Shown here in pieces: positions 18,508 through 27,764 of a DNA stretch of 64,000 bases. Every line of letters starts with the position of its first letter. The first letter of the stretch is position 1. The stretch covers positions 224,001-288,000 of the forward strand of contig CAWFOU010000001.1 in assembly GCA_963817525.1 (NCBI GenBank), read 5' to 3'. Below the pieces are notes generated by a model. It made no database searches, was not told where the DNA came from, and saw only the letters and a list, made by a program, of their open reading frames with translations. A program made the translations under genes and the position numbers. This DNA comes from an uncultured archaeon. GTDB taxonomy: Archaea > Thermoproteota > Nitrososphaeria > Nitrososphaerales > Gagatemarchaeaceae.

Positions 18508-18656
18508 ACTTGAATTTGCGGGGCCGAGTAGTTATTTAAGCGTGCAAAAAGTCGTCCCAGATATCTCTAGGTTCAGTATTTAGGCAAGAAACGAAATCAG
18601 CGGAATCCGTTTACCGAGCAAGACCTATATAGCCAATTTGGCGGAAACGCAACTGC

Positions 18657-21185
18657 ATGACGAAGGAATTTCCGAAGGATATAACGAAAGCATTAACGAA
18701 AAGTATGAAGAAAACATTAAGCAACACATCAATCCGCGCAATCGCACTAAGCCTACTATTCATAGTCTCAGGGATAGGCGCGTCCGTCCTCATGAACCCC
18801 GCAGCTGCCACCACCAACGCGGCAGCGCCCTCGGCCGCGGCACCAGTCGCGGCAGCGCCAGCGCTGACGCAGGCGGAGGCCAACTGGGAGTTCCCGAACG
18901 GCAACGCCTTCAACCAGGACTACAACCCGCAGACCCAGATCAACAGCTCCAACATCCAATACCTTGGATTAGCTTGGATCTACCCGCTGCCTAACGTCCC
19001 GACCTCCCTGACGCCCCTCGTGGGCTTCATCGGCGGACCCGGCGTTGGCATGGCAATCATAATCGTCAACGGCACCGCATTCGCCACGACGAACTTCGAC
19101 GAGACCATCGCGTTCAACGTCGCCAACGGTGACGTGCTCTGGACCGACCAGTCGCCTCTAGCGGTCAACCAGACCGCCGGCCAGGCAACAGGCCCAGTCC
19201 CGCTGCACGACCACGACGGCAACGAGTGGTTCTCCTCCGCGACGTTCGGCTCCGGCGTGTCCGGCCCGACGCTGTGGTTCCAGGGTGAGAACAACAGGGT
19301 CTATGCAATCAACGCCTTGAACGGCGACCACGAGCTCAACTTCTCCGACTTCACTGGCCTCAACATGGTGGCAGGCAACAATCCGCAGAGCATCTACAAC
19401 GGTATCGGCGCCTCGAACATCGTCATCAACCCGACACTGGGCATCCTGGTGTCTGGCCACGACGCTGAGATCGACGCCGACAACGGAAGAGGCTTCTTCG
19501 CAGGATGGAACCTGAACACCAACCCGGTCACCCAGAAGTGGATCACCTACGACGTTCCTCCCCAACCAGGGAGCCCAACGGCGTCGCTGAACCCCTACTT
19601 CGACCAGCAGTTGATCGCCAACATGACCACCGCGACGACCTTCTACCCTGGTGAGAACGGCTCTACCAACGGGTACACGACGCCGACTGAAGTCGCTGGC
19701 GGAGTCTTGAACAACGTCAACAACGACATCGTCGTCAACTGGAAGGCGCTGTCTCCGACTCAGCTCAACACCACACTCTACAACGACTGGGGACAGTCCG
19801 ACCAGACGGCCCAGTGCCTCGCCATCGACGGCGGCGGCTCTACGGGCTCCACAGGCTCCGCATGGGGCGGCGCTTGGGTGGTCGGCTCTGGCCAATCAGA
19901 GGGGATGGTCTTCCTAGGGACGAACAACAAGGACCCGTTCACCGGACCTTGCGACCCAGGACCTGACCTCTGGTCAGCTTCAGTCCTCGGACTCAACATC
20001 ACCACGGGCCAGATCGTATGGGGCTTCCAGACGACGACTCACGATGTCTGGGACTACGACTGCTCCTGGTACCAAGCACTAGCCAACGCGACAGTCGCGG
20101 GAGTGAACACCGAAGTCATCCTGAAGACGTGCAAGGACGGATACCTCTTCGAGATCAACGCCCTCACAGGCAACTTGATCTGGGCGTGGGATCCACCTGC
20201 TAACATCGAGACCTCCGGGCCTAGCAGATGTCCAGTCTGCTACCCGATGAACCCGATGAACGCGTCTCAGACCGACATCGACTTCCCATCCGCACTCACC
20301 AACTGCTACCCAGCATACACCATCGCTTGTGACAGGGGCTCGCAGCCTCCGTTCCTCCAGTGGCCATCTGAACTGGCCGGCTTCGAGGACGAACAGGCAT
20401 TCGACCCAGCCACAGGCCTCATCTACGCAACCTCGCACGTAGTGCCCGACTACATGGGCTACTTCGGGCTCAACGCGTCCACCTACTTCTCCTCCACAGG
20501 TGAAGGCGGTGTCGCTTGTCCCACGTGCGGTACTCTCACCGACAACGCCACACTCTGGGCTATCAACGAAAACACCGGAGCCGTGCAATGGCACGACCCA
20601 GTAGCGAATCTGCAGGGATACCGTGGACAGACCGACCTCAGCGGTAACGTCGTCTTCAACGTCCTGTCCTCGGGCGACATCATCATGACGAACGCCGCGA
20701 CAGGCGCACTCATCAGAGACTACTACATCGGCGCGCCAATGGACGTGAGCGTCTCAATCGGAGCATCGGTCAATGGGCAGGAGTACATCCTCGTCCCAGT
20801 CGGGACCTGCAGCTTCGAGGCAGTCGCCACGTGTCCAGGCACAACGCCAGGAGACGTAGTGGCTCTGACGCTGACGACGCCACCGCCTTCCTCAGCGAGC
20901 ACTAGCACCACCACGGTAACAGCAACATCCACCACCACATCGGTGTCGACAACGACAGCAGTATCCACAACCACTGCCACGGCATCAGGCGCTACCGTCA
21001 CGGTAACGACCGGAGCCAACGGGCAGACAACCACGGTCACCATGAGTGGAGTCACCACCACGGTCACCTCCACATCCACATCTTCCAGCAACAACACAGC
21101 ACTCTATGGAGTCGCCATAGTCGCCGTGATCTTCATCATAGCTACGGGCTATCTTGCCATGCGTGGCAGGAAGCCCTCCTCCTAA
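18657..21185 (+). CDS. secreted PQQ-dependent dehydrogenase-family beta-propeller with Ser/Thr stalk and C-terminal membrane anchor
   Basis: Motifs NW...G...QIN.SN...L.LAW, A.N..NG.VLW, RGFFAGW, GTNNKDP, PGPDLWSASVLGLN.TTG..VWGFQTT.HDVWDYD and KDGYLF.I.A.TG..IW. Start is 18657 or 18705. Confidence 0.88.
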   Translation: MTKEFPKDITKALTKSMKKTLSNTSIRAIALSLLFIVSGIGASVLMNPAAATTNAAAPSAAAPVAAAPALTQAEANWEFPNGNAFNQDYNPQTQINSSNIQYLGLAWIYPLPNVPTSLTPLVGFIGGPGVGMAIIIVNGTAFATTNFDETIAFNVANGDVLWTDQSPLAVNQTAGQATGPVPLHDHDGNEWFSSATFGSGVSGPTLWFQGENNRVYAINALNGDHELNFSDFTGLNMVAGNNPQSIYNGIGASNIVINPTLGILVSGHDAEIDADNGRGFFAGWNLNTNPVTQKWITYDVPPQPGSPTASLNPYFDQQLIANMTTATTFYPGENGSTNGYTTPTEVAGGVLNNVNNDIVVNWKALSPTQLNTTLYNDWGQSDQTAQCLAIDGGGSTGSTGSAWGGAWVVGSGQSEGMVFLGTNNKDPFTGPCDPGPDLWSASVLGLNITTGQIVWGFQTTTHDVWDYDCSWYQALANATVAGVNTEVILKTCKDGYLFEINALTGNLIWAWDPPANIETSGPSRCPVCYPMNPMNASQTDIDFPSALTNCYPAYTIACDRGSQPPFLQWPSELAGFEDEQAFDPATGLIYATSHVVPDYMGYFGLNASTYFSSTGEGGVACPTCGTLTDNATLWAINENTGAVQWHDPVANLQGYRGQTDLSGNVVFNVLSSGDIIMTNAATGALIRDYYIGAPMDVSVSIGASVNGQEYILVPVGTCSFEAVATCPGTTPGDVVALTLTTPPPSSASTSTTTVTATSTTTSVSTTTAVSTTTATASGATVTVTTGANGQTTTVTMSGVTTTVTSTSTSSSNNTALYGVAIVAVIFIIATGYLAMRGRKPSS
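18660..18707 (+). repeat. four imperfect 12-bp tandem units (CGAA at 18661, 18673, 18685, 18697)
   Basis: ACGAAGGAATTT / CCGAAGGATATA / ACGAAAGCATTA / ACGAAAAGTATG. Confidence 0.6.
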
Positions 21186-21268
21186 TTTTAGGAGCGAGCG
21201 CAACACCAAACCCCGGAATAATCGTGGGCTCTCCTGCCAACAGGCAGGAAGCCCGCCTCCTAGTTTTT
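21146..21268 (+). terminator. duplicated hairpin + CCTCCTA + T-tract (21146-21189 and 21226-21268)
   Basis: GGGCT..TGCC-loop-GGCAGGAAGCCC followed by CCTCCTA(A/G)TTTT occurs twice, 80 bp apart. Confidence 0.6.
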
Positions 21269-21385
21269 GCAATCTATCAGCGGAAGTGCTTAGGACTTTA
21301 CGATTTTCTTTTTACAACCCGCAGCCTGACGTAGGGCGTCTCGAGTGACCGAGCCTAGAGCCTACTCCCCGAAGGGGGCGCCGAC

Positions 21386-21724
21386 TTAGTTGTGCGTTCC
21401 CACTTCGAGGGGCTCTGTGAGCAGCGGGAGCGCCTCTTCCGGCGGCCTGGGCTTCTTGTCTCCCCTATAGACCAGCATGAGGCCGAAGCAGGCCAGGAGG
21501 ACTCCGAACACCCAGTATGTCCCGTAGTTGGCGGAAAGAGTCGCCGTCACCACGTCTTGGATGTACGCGCCGATCATGCTGCCGACCCCAGGAGTGACCA
21601 CAGAAAGCGAATAGATGAAATTGCCCACCGCGTTTGAAATCGTTATCATGCCCTGGGCGTTCCCGATGAGGTATCCGCCCGAGAGGCACAACACGACTCC
21701 CAGGAGTCGGCTGGCGAGGGACAT
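21386..21724 (-). CDS. small two-TM protein (paralogue of 18172..18507)
   Basis: Same topology with a GDKK tail. TTTAAATA lies about 28 nt upstream. Confidence 0.65.
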   Translation of the reverse strand: MSLASRLLGVVLCLSGGYLIGNAQGMITISNAVGNFIYSLSVVTPGVGSMIGAYIQDVVTATLSANYGTYWVFGVLLACFGLMLVYRGDKKPRPPEEALPLLTEPLEVGTHN

Positions 21725-21855
21725 TTTCGTCTCTTTTTTCCTCGACTCGTTTATTTAAAGAGTGCGAGCCGGCGGCGAGAACTCGCTCACCCGGCTTTTT
21801 TCGGGCGCCGCTTGGCCCGCCAAGCTTGCGGCGACACAAAGTTTAACTTCGGCAA

Positions 21856-22400
21856 ATGGTCCGAGGAGTACCACGAAGCAAACGTCTGTCCTAGTAGTCG
21901 TAGTAGCGGCGGTCATAATCGTGGCGGCCGGTGCAGGAATCCTTCTCACCGGGCACTCATCCAACAAGACCTCGAGCTCAGTCGTCTCCTCCTCCTCTTC
22001 CGAGAGTTCCGCCGGGGTTCAGCCGTTAATGATCAACTACAGCCAGCTCATCGTCGGCTATCAGGGGGGGCTCTTCCAGATTGGGTTTCAGGGCACGGGA
22101 ACGCAGCGGATCGATGGCGTAGTGCTGGTCCTGTCGACTCCCGTGCAGGCGGCGATGTGCACCGGCGGCGACTCTCTCGGTTTCGGCAACTGCACGCCCG
22201 GGCCGAACAAGTCCTACACGTACACGGTGGCTTACGGAGGTTCTTTCGCCGCCAACGCCACCTTCTCGGGAGTGGATACGGGGGCAGGCCCAGGATCGGC
22301 TGTGGTCGGACAGAGCTACCCTGTGTCAATCACGGTGACCTACACCGACGGGACGAGCGTGGTCCAAAACTTCAGCGTGCAGGCCACCTCCGGCAGCTAG
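21856..22400 (+). CDS. membrane-anchored surface protein with pilin-like C-terminal domain (5' end uncertain, possible 1-nt frameshift near 21891)
   Basis: TM, Ser-rich linker and VVGQSYPVSITVTYTDG. No clean in-frame start near the TM. Confidence 0.55.
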
Positions 22401-22431
22401 AGAAAGAGACGTTCCTTGCTCGAGGTTCTAA

Positions 22432-23208
22432 TCAAGGGCCGGTTCGCTTGCGTTTCTCGCGCCGGTCTATTGACCTCAACCTTAGAGCCGCGATAGCGAG
22501 GACGCCGAACAGGAAGGCGTACACCGAGGCCGCGATGTAAGGCCCCGCGTGCCATTCGAAGCTCTTCTCGGAGACGAGGTTAGGGTTACCCCCCTTCAGC
22601 TCGTAGCCCCACTGCGGGAAGGTCGTCGCCGAGGGGATCCCCGCGTCGATGAGCGAAGAGTCATACAGCGTGTACGCCCAGTTCTCCTTGGTTATCTGCC
22701 ACCCCGAGCCGGCCCAGGCCCACTGCTCGCTCACGTCTATGATGGCGTGGACGATCCCCGCGGCGGTGCTGTTGGCGATGAGCTTGATCACGAAGGACGC
22801 GTTTTCTTGCGTAGGGCTGGACACGCCCTGCGTGTAGTCGCTGATGTTCGCGTCGAGCGAGCTCGACTTTCCGACTGTGGTCGCGTAGATCAGCTTGATG
22901 TTGGTGGTCCCCGTGTACATCCCAGAAAGTCCTCCCGTGGAACCCGACCAGATGTCCACCGCATCCGGGCTATAGAACGCAATCAAGCCTTCGACGTTCC
23001 TGGTGTTGAGGTCCTGGATCAGCTGGCTCACGGTCGAGTTCAAAGCAACGGTGGGCAGTGAGCTGGTGGACGAAGTCTGGGCGGAGGTGGTCTTCGAACC
23101 CTTGGGCAGGAGTACGAGCGCGCCCGCGACCACGATGACCACGATTATGACGAGGGCCGCGGGGACGGCGAGCTTGGACATCCCCCTCCTCCGCCTGCCT
23201 GCGAACAT
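22432..23208 (-). CDS. membrane protein with NTF2/SnoaL-like ectodomain between two TMs
   Basis: LNTRNVEGLIAFYSPDAV...WQITKENW pattern, with N- and C-terminal TMs. Confidence 0.65.
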   Translation of the reverse strand: MFAGRRRRGMSKLAVPAALVIIVVIVVAGALVLLPKGSKTTSAQTSSTSSLPTVALNSTVSQLIQDLNTRNVEGLIAFYSPDAVDIWSGSTGGLSGMYTGTTNIKLIYATTVGKSSSLDANISDYTQGVSSPTQENASFVIKLIANSTAAGIVHAIIDVSEQWAWAGSGWQITKENWAYTLYDSSLIDAGIPSATTFPQWGYELKGGNPNLVSEKSFEWHAGPYIAASVYAFLFGVLAIAALRLRSIDRREKRKRTGP

Positions 23209-23272
23209 GCCGGAGCGAGCACGTTGCTTCCATTTGAACTGTGCTGTCCGAGGGAATAGGGCGCTCACTGGG

Positions 23273-24166
23273 TCACGCCTTGGTGCTGGCGGTCCCCAAG
23301 CTGTACCCCTTCGCGAGGTATCTCCTGATCGAGAGCATGACTATTATGGCAGGAACCCACGCGAGGAAGCCGGCCGCGTTAAGGTCGTCGAAACTGACCT
23401 GCCCGAAGCTCGACGTGGTCTCGCCTAGTCCGCTCCACACCCCGACCGCCACCGTCTTTGTCACCGGGCCGGTGAGGATGTCGGAGATCACGAACTCGTT
23501 CCAGATGAGGACGAAGGCGAAAAGGGCCGTCACGACTATTCCCGGCACCACCATTCTCAGCGCCACCCGCCTGAATATCTGCCACTCGCTGGCGCCGAAC
23601 ACGGCTGCCGCGTCGTACACCTCCTTTGGTATGTCAGTGAAGAACCCACGGAGCATCCACACGACTATCGAGAGGATCACCAGCTCCTCGGCGAGCGCGA
23701 TGCCGACGTAGGTGTCCCACAGCCCGTTCCGCGTGTAAAGGATGTAGAGCGGGACGATGACCACGAAGGGGGAGACGGCCCGGAGGGCGAGGAGCATGTA
23801 GGAGATTGCTCCCTTCCCCCTTATGGGAAGGCGCGCCAGCGCGTAGCCCGCTGTCACCCCCGCCAAGAGGGCGACCGCGATACTGATTGCCGCGATCGTC
23901 GCCGTGTTCATCAAGAGTCTCGGGAAGGCGACGAGGTTTAGGGCGTCGAGGTAATGAATCGGCGACGGGAAGATTCCCCCGCTGTAGAACGGAACCCCGC
24001 CTATCTCCCTGATTCCCTTGCCCGAGAAGAGCACGGAGAGGTCTATCTGGTAACCCTCGAGGGCCATGACCATGATAGGCCAGAAGGAGTAGAGCGCCGC
24101 CAGGATCAGCGCGACGTAGGTCAAGACCTTGCCGGCCTGGGGAGAGCGACCCCGCTTCTCTTCCAC
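23273..24166 (-). CDS. carbohydrate ABC permease, MalG-type (pair 1)
   Basis: Motifs AGYALAR, WMLRGFFTDIP.E.YDAA..FGA and WNEF. Confidence 0.92.
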   Translation of the reverse strand: MEEKRGRSPQAGKVLTYVALILAALYSFWPIMVMALEGYQIDLSVLFSGKGIREIGGVPFYSGGIFPSPIHYLDALNLVAFPRLLMNTATIAAISIAVALLAGVTAGYALARLPIRGKGAISYMLLALRAVSPFVVIVPLYILYTRNGLWDTYVGIALAEELVILSIVVWMLRGFFTDIPKEVYDAAAVFGASEWQIFRRVALRMVVPGIVVTALFAFVLIWNEFVISDILTGPVTKTVAVGVWSGLGETTSSFGQVSFDDLNAAGFLAWVPAIIVMLSIRRYLAKGYSLGTASTKA

Positions 24167-24168
24167 TC

Positions 24169-25110
24169 CTATCTACCTCCAGAGACCGGCAGAGCGCGCG
24201 CAAACAAGCGGATAAGTCCAAACGCGACGATCAACGTCACTGCCAGCAGGGCGACGGCGACGGCGGTCACCAGGCCGATCGGGAAGCCGTACTGGGGGAC
24301 GAAGACCAGCTTGTAGAGGAAGAGGCTGAGCGTGTCCACGGGCGAACCCACGCTGGCCGGGTACCCTACCCAGTTTGACCATGCGAGGGGTATCTCGAAC
24401 GCGCGGAGCGCGTCAATCATCCTCAAGACAACGATGAACTGCATGACGGGAGAGGCGAGGATCGTTGGGAGAGTGACCATCTTGAACCGCTGCCAGGCCG
24501 TCGCGCCATGCAGTTCAGCGGCCTCTGAAACCTGGGCCGCCTGGGAGTTGGCGATGCTAAGGGCGACCAGCATGATCAGCGGCGCCCACTCCCAGGCTTC
24601 CGAGAAGATCATCACCGGGAAGAAGAAGAAAATCGAGAGCTCGTTGAAGTATGGCTGGTGAAGTATGAAGTGGCTAAAGGTCTGGATGTCGTCCCAGACC
24701 GAAGAGGGCGACCAGACTACTCCTGCGACGATGGGCGAGATGGCGAGCGGGAAGATGTAGATCGCCTGAAAATATCCTCTTCCTCGCACATTCTGTGTCA
24801 CGAGGAACGTGAGCCCGAGGCCTATGGCCACACACAAAGCGGTGCTCCCGGCCATGTACGCCAGCGACACGACGACTGAGTTCCAGAACGAATAGTCGCT
24901 CAACATGGTGGAGTAGTTGACCAGCGAGAGTGCCCCATTCGAGTTCGTGAGGCTGTACTTGATCCCATCGAGCAGAGGATAGAACTCAACCAGGGTCAGT
25001 ATTGCGAACAGCGGGATGAGCAGGAGGTACCAGTACGCGATGGATTCCTTCCGCCGTGGGGGTTTCGTCGTCAAGGTTTCGCCCGGAAAATTCCCTGAAC
25101 TGAGACACAT
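24169..25110 (-). CDS. carbohydrate ABC permease, MalF-type (pair 1)
   Basis: Motifs WEWAPLIML, EAAELHGATAWQRF..VTLP and DALRAFE. Confidence 0.9.
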   Translation of the reverse strand: MCLSSGNFPGETLTTKPPRRKESIAYWYLLLIPLFAILTLVEFYPLLDGIKYSLTNSNGALSLVNYSTMLSDYSFWNSVVVSLAYMAGSTALCVAIGLGLTFLVTQNVRGRGYFQAIYIFPLAISPIVAGVVWSPSSVWDDIQTFSHFILHQPYFNELSIFFFFPVMIFSEAWEWAPLIMLVALSIANSQAAQVSEAAELHGATAWQRFKMVTLPTILASPVMQFIVVLRMIDALRAFEIPLAWSNWVGYPASVGSPVDTLSLFLYKLVFVPQYGFPIGLVTAVAVALLAVTLIVAFGLIRLFARALPVSGGR

Positions 25111-25309
25111 GAGCGAGAACTAATAAGCCTTGACCGAATTCTCGGGCCCAACAAAGTCGCGCCCCCCCTTAACAACCACTCCTGTCCTTTGGGGTCAGCG
25201 CGCAACAAATTCGAACAACTATTCCCCGCTTGTCAGGTTCCCGGGCGGCATGATCGACGGCTTTCCTCACAGCGACGCTTATTTAGTCGGTTGACGAATA
25301 TCGTGAGAT

Positions 25310-25951
25310 ATGTCCTCGCTGGACACGAAGCTCGGAAAGCGGAAGACCGTCAACATGAATGAGGACGTGGCGCAGGAACTCAACAGGCTTGCCAACCTGT
25401 CGGGAAAGACCCTCTACAGCCTGATAAACGAGATCGGGATTCAGGCGCTGCAAGCGGACAAGCAAGGGTTCAGCCTCGAGGAGGCGGTGGCGGCGAAGAA
25501 ACTGTTGCAGAGGGCGAGGCGGTCGAGGATGGTCCTTGTGAATCAAGACCTCTGGTATTTTGCGAGTTCAGAGGCAATGAAGGCGTCCAAGAGCAAGTGG
25601 CTGAAGTTGATCCGCGACAGCTCCCAATGGCAGGCCAATGTCTTCTTGTCCGGGTCGAACGATGTGGAGTTCATCGAGTCCATGAGGAAGCTCCTCGCCA
25701 ACTACTTCTGGGACTGCGGCGAGGTCGCGCTGGAACGCGGTGAAAAGGGAGAGATGCTCGCGCTCAGGATTGCCTTCGTCCCCGAGATGCCCCTCGAGCA
25801 CACGCAGGGCCTCTTCAAGGCGTTCGAGGGGATGTTCAACGTCCACGGCTACGTGCCCACCGACTACACCGTCGAGCCGGGCTACCTCGCCATCAGCTTC
25901 AGGAAAGTGGGCGGGGCGGGTCTATCAAAGCCGAGTCCGGCGATGGGCTAG
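25310..25951 (+). CDS. putative transcription regulator (N-terminal ribbon-helix-helix plus V4R-like ligand domain)
   Basis: KTVNMNEDVAQELNRLA..SGKTLYSLINE fits an RHH pattern. Divergent from permease pair 1. Confidence 0.5.
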   Translation: MSSLDTKLGKRKTVNMNEDVAQELNRLANLSGKTLYSLINEIGIQALQADKQGFSLEEAVAAKKLLQRARRSRMVLVNQDLWYFASSEAMKASKSKWLKLIRDSSQWQANVFLSGSNDVEFIESMRKLLANYFWDCGEVALERGEKGEMLALRIAFVPEMPLEHTQGLFKAFEGMFNVHGYVPTDYTVEPGYLAISFRKVGGAGLSKPSPAMG

Positions 25952-26295
25952 GCCGCCGCCTCTAACTTCTCGGTCTCCCAGATTTCGTCGTGCGCCGGCA
26001 CCGCTTCTTTCAATTTCGAGTTCTTGATGTAGACGACGTACATCTCCCTTAGCCCCAGGGCTATGAAGAACCCGGAGAGCGCCGCCGGCGGGTCGTTGAA
26101 TGTGACAGTGAGCTGGTATCCGAAGAACCTTGCCATGTAGTTCGTCAAAAGGTCGAACACCCTGTCTAATTCGAGAAAGGCCAGCCCCGCGACTATGTAG
26201 TACGGGGCCCGCCCGCCCTTCAAGGCCACGTAGTCGAACTTGTCCGACAGGCGAACGATCTTGACGGCGTAATAGATAGCGACCGCGACGACCAC
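25948..26295 (-). CDS. three-TM hypothetical protein (frame stays open upstream of 26295)
   Basis: Hydrophobic segments; the upstream in-frame sequence reads LLPAIFGYQLVPDDITNSISV. Confidence 0.6.
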   Translation of the reverse strand: MVVAVAIYYAVKIVRLSDKFDYVALKGGRAPYYIVAGLAFLELDRVFDLLTNYMARFFGYQLTVTFNDPPAALSGFFIALGLREMYVVYIKNSKLKEAVPAHDEIWETEKLEAAA

Positions 26296-26545
26296 GACGC
26301 TGATCGAATTGGTTATGTCGTCGGGGACCAGCTGATAGCCGAATATGGCAGGAAGTAGCGAGCTAGAACGACCTTCCCGTGGACGAACTGCTTCCGAGCA
26401 GGCTCTTCACAGACGACCAACCTTGAGACTAAATCCTCCTTCGGCTAGATAAACCCCTTGAGTCCAATTGTCTTCCTTGGGAGCGGCGAACCGGCCACGA
26501 CGGGGAGTGCGAAGCGGCTACGCCTAACATCCATCGGGCGAATGA

Positions 26546-26986
26546 TTACTTTACTACGAACCAGCCGGTCATCGCTTGACCCGAGTCGCAACTCCCGCCT
26601 CCGCAGTCCGCCGAGGGCTCGGAGTAGGTATAGTTTCCAGATGGACTCGCCACAAAAGAGAGCATCACCGTGGCGTTGGGTTTCATCTCTCCGGTGTCTA
26701 TGTTGAAGTTGGGGACGGCCAGGCCGTGGGGGATGTCGTCCGTGTTAGTGATTACGAGGGTAATGTGGGCCCCGTTGGCCACGGTGAAGTTGTCGGGATA
26801 GTAGGTCGCGGGCACGCTCGCGGATGGGTCGGTGGAGTTGACTAAGGCGCCTCCGATATCAATTATTACGTTCTCGGAGAAGTAGCCGGTCGACGGCTTG
26901 TTGTACACAGCAAAGTAGTATAGACCGCTGAGCGCGATTATCACTATGATGACTATCGCGCCGATTTGTATTCCCGACATCTTCAT
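26546..26986 (-). CDS. membrane-anchored cupredoxin-fold protein A
   Basis: YYPDNFTV..G.HITL.ITNTDDIPHGL...G.YTY...C....C....MTG. Confidence 0.8.
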   Translation of the reverse strand: MKMSGIQIGAIVIIVIIALSGLYYFAVYNKPSTGYFSENVIIDIGGALVNSTDPSASVPATYYPDNFTVANGAHITLVITNTDDIPHGLAVPNFNIDTGEMKPNATVMLSFVASPSGNYTYSEPSADCGGGSCDSGQAMTGWFVVK

Positions 26987-27048
26987 CTTTCGACCGGCAG
27001 CGGGAGCCGCCACCGAGCCTCGCCTCCGTTTCCAGCGCGAAGGACTAG

Positions 27049-27167
27049 TTCGCAAACGGGATTTCATCGAGCAGTATACTTGATATAAACCCTATGAGTG
27101 CGATTTGCGAAAGGCCGTCGTGTGCTCATCCGCACTCAAACAGTATAAATCGACTCGAGTTCGCAAA
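27049..27167. promoter_or_regulatory. divergent promoter region with CGCACTCA next to both TATA boxes and three TTCGCAAA copies
   Basis: TGAGTGCG at 27095-27102 and CGCACTCA at 27131-27138. TATA-like boxes at 27083-27089 and 27144-27150. TTCGCAAA at 27049, 27104 (reverse) and 27160. Confidence 0.5.
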
Positions 27168-27268
27168 GCCACGACGTCGTGATGCATACGAACTGCCTCC
27201 TTGTTGAAAGCCGCTCCAAAAGACTTATTGCGGTCGGGCAATGTTATTTGGCTAAGGTGAGCCACTGA

Positions 27269-27706
27269 ATGGTCAGCAGAAGTGTGATCCTGGCGGTCGT
27301 CATCGTGGCAATCTTGGCTGTGAGCGCAGGCTATTACATCAACTCGGTGAGCGGGAATGCGGCGAACTCGGAGACGATTAACATGGAGGTTACGCAAGGG
27401 ACGCCCCAGAACGGCGGGCCTGACGCATTCCTGCCGGCGAGCTTCACCGTGACCGAGGGGGATCACGTCACCATCGTGTTCGACAACACCGACGACGGTC
27501 CGCACGAGTTCCAGATACCCGCCCTTGGCGTGAGCACGGGGATAGTTCAAGGGGGGCAGACTGTCAGGACGGTCTTCGTCCCGAACAAGCTTGGCACCTT
27601 CGCCTACGATCAGCCGCAAGGGGCATGCGTGTCGATCCAGGACCCTGCGGTAAGCTGCACCGGCGCCCAGTTGACGAACGGCAACGTGACAGTAATCGCT
27701 CCGTGA
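27269..27706 (+). CDS. membrane-anchored cupredoxin-fold protein B
   Basis: FLPASFTVTEGDHVTIVFDNTDDGPHEF.IP...GTFAY. Confidence 0.8.
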   Translation: MVSRSVILAVVIVAILAVSAGYYINSVSGNAANSETINMEVTQGTPQNGGPDAFLPASFTVTEGDHVTIVFDNTDDGPHEFQIPALGVSTGIVQGGQTVRTVFVPNKLGTFAYDQPQGACVSIQDPAVSCTGAQLTNGNVTVIAP

Positions 27707-27764
27707 AGGCCTGTCCGCCTTCCGTCGCTCGAATAAATAGGGCTGGCCAGGAGGTTTAGCCTCG

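Noticed and set aside
20880-21095. Thr/Ser codon runs as a DNA tandem repeat (also near 35865-35920)
   Set aside because: These are ordinary glycosylated stalk or linker coding sequences.
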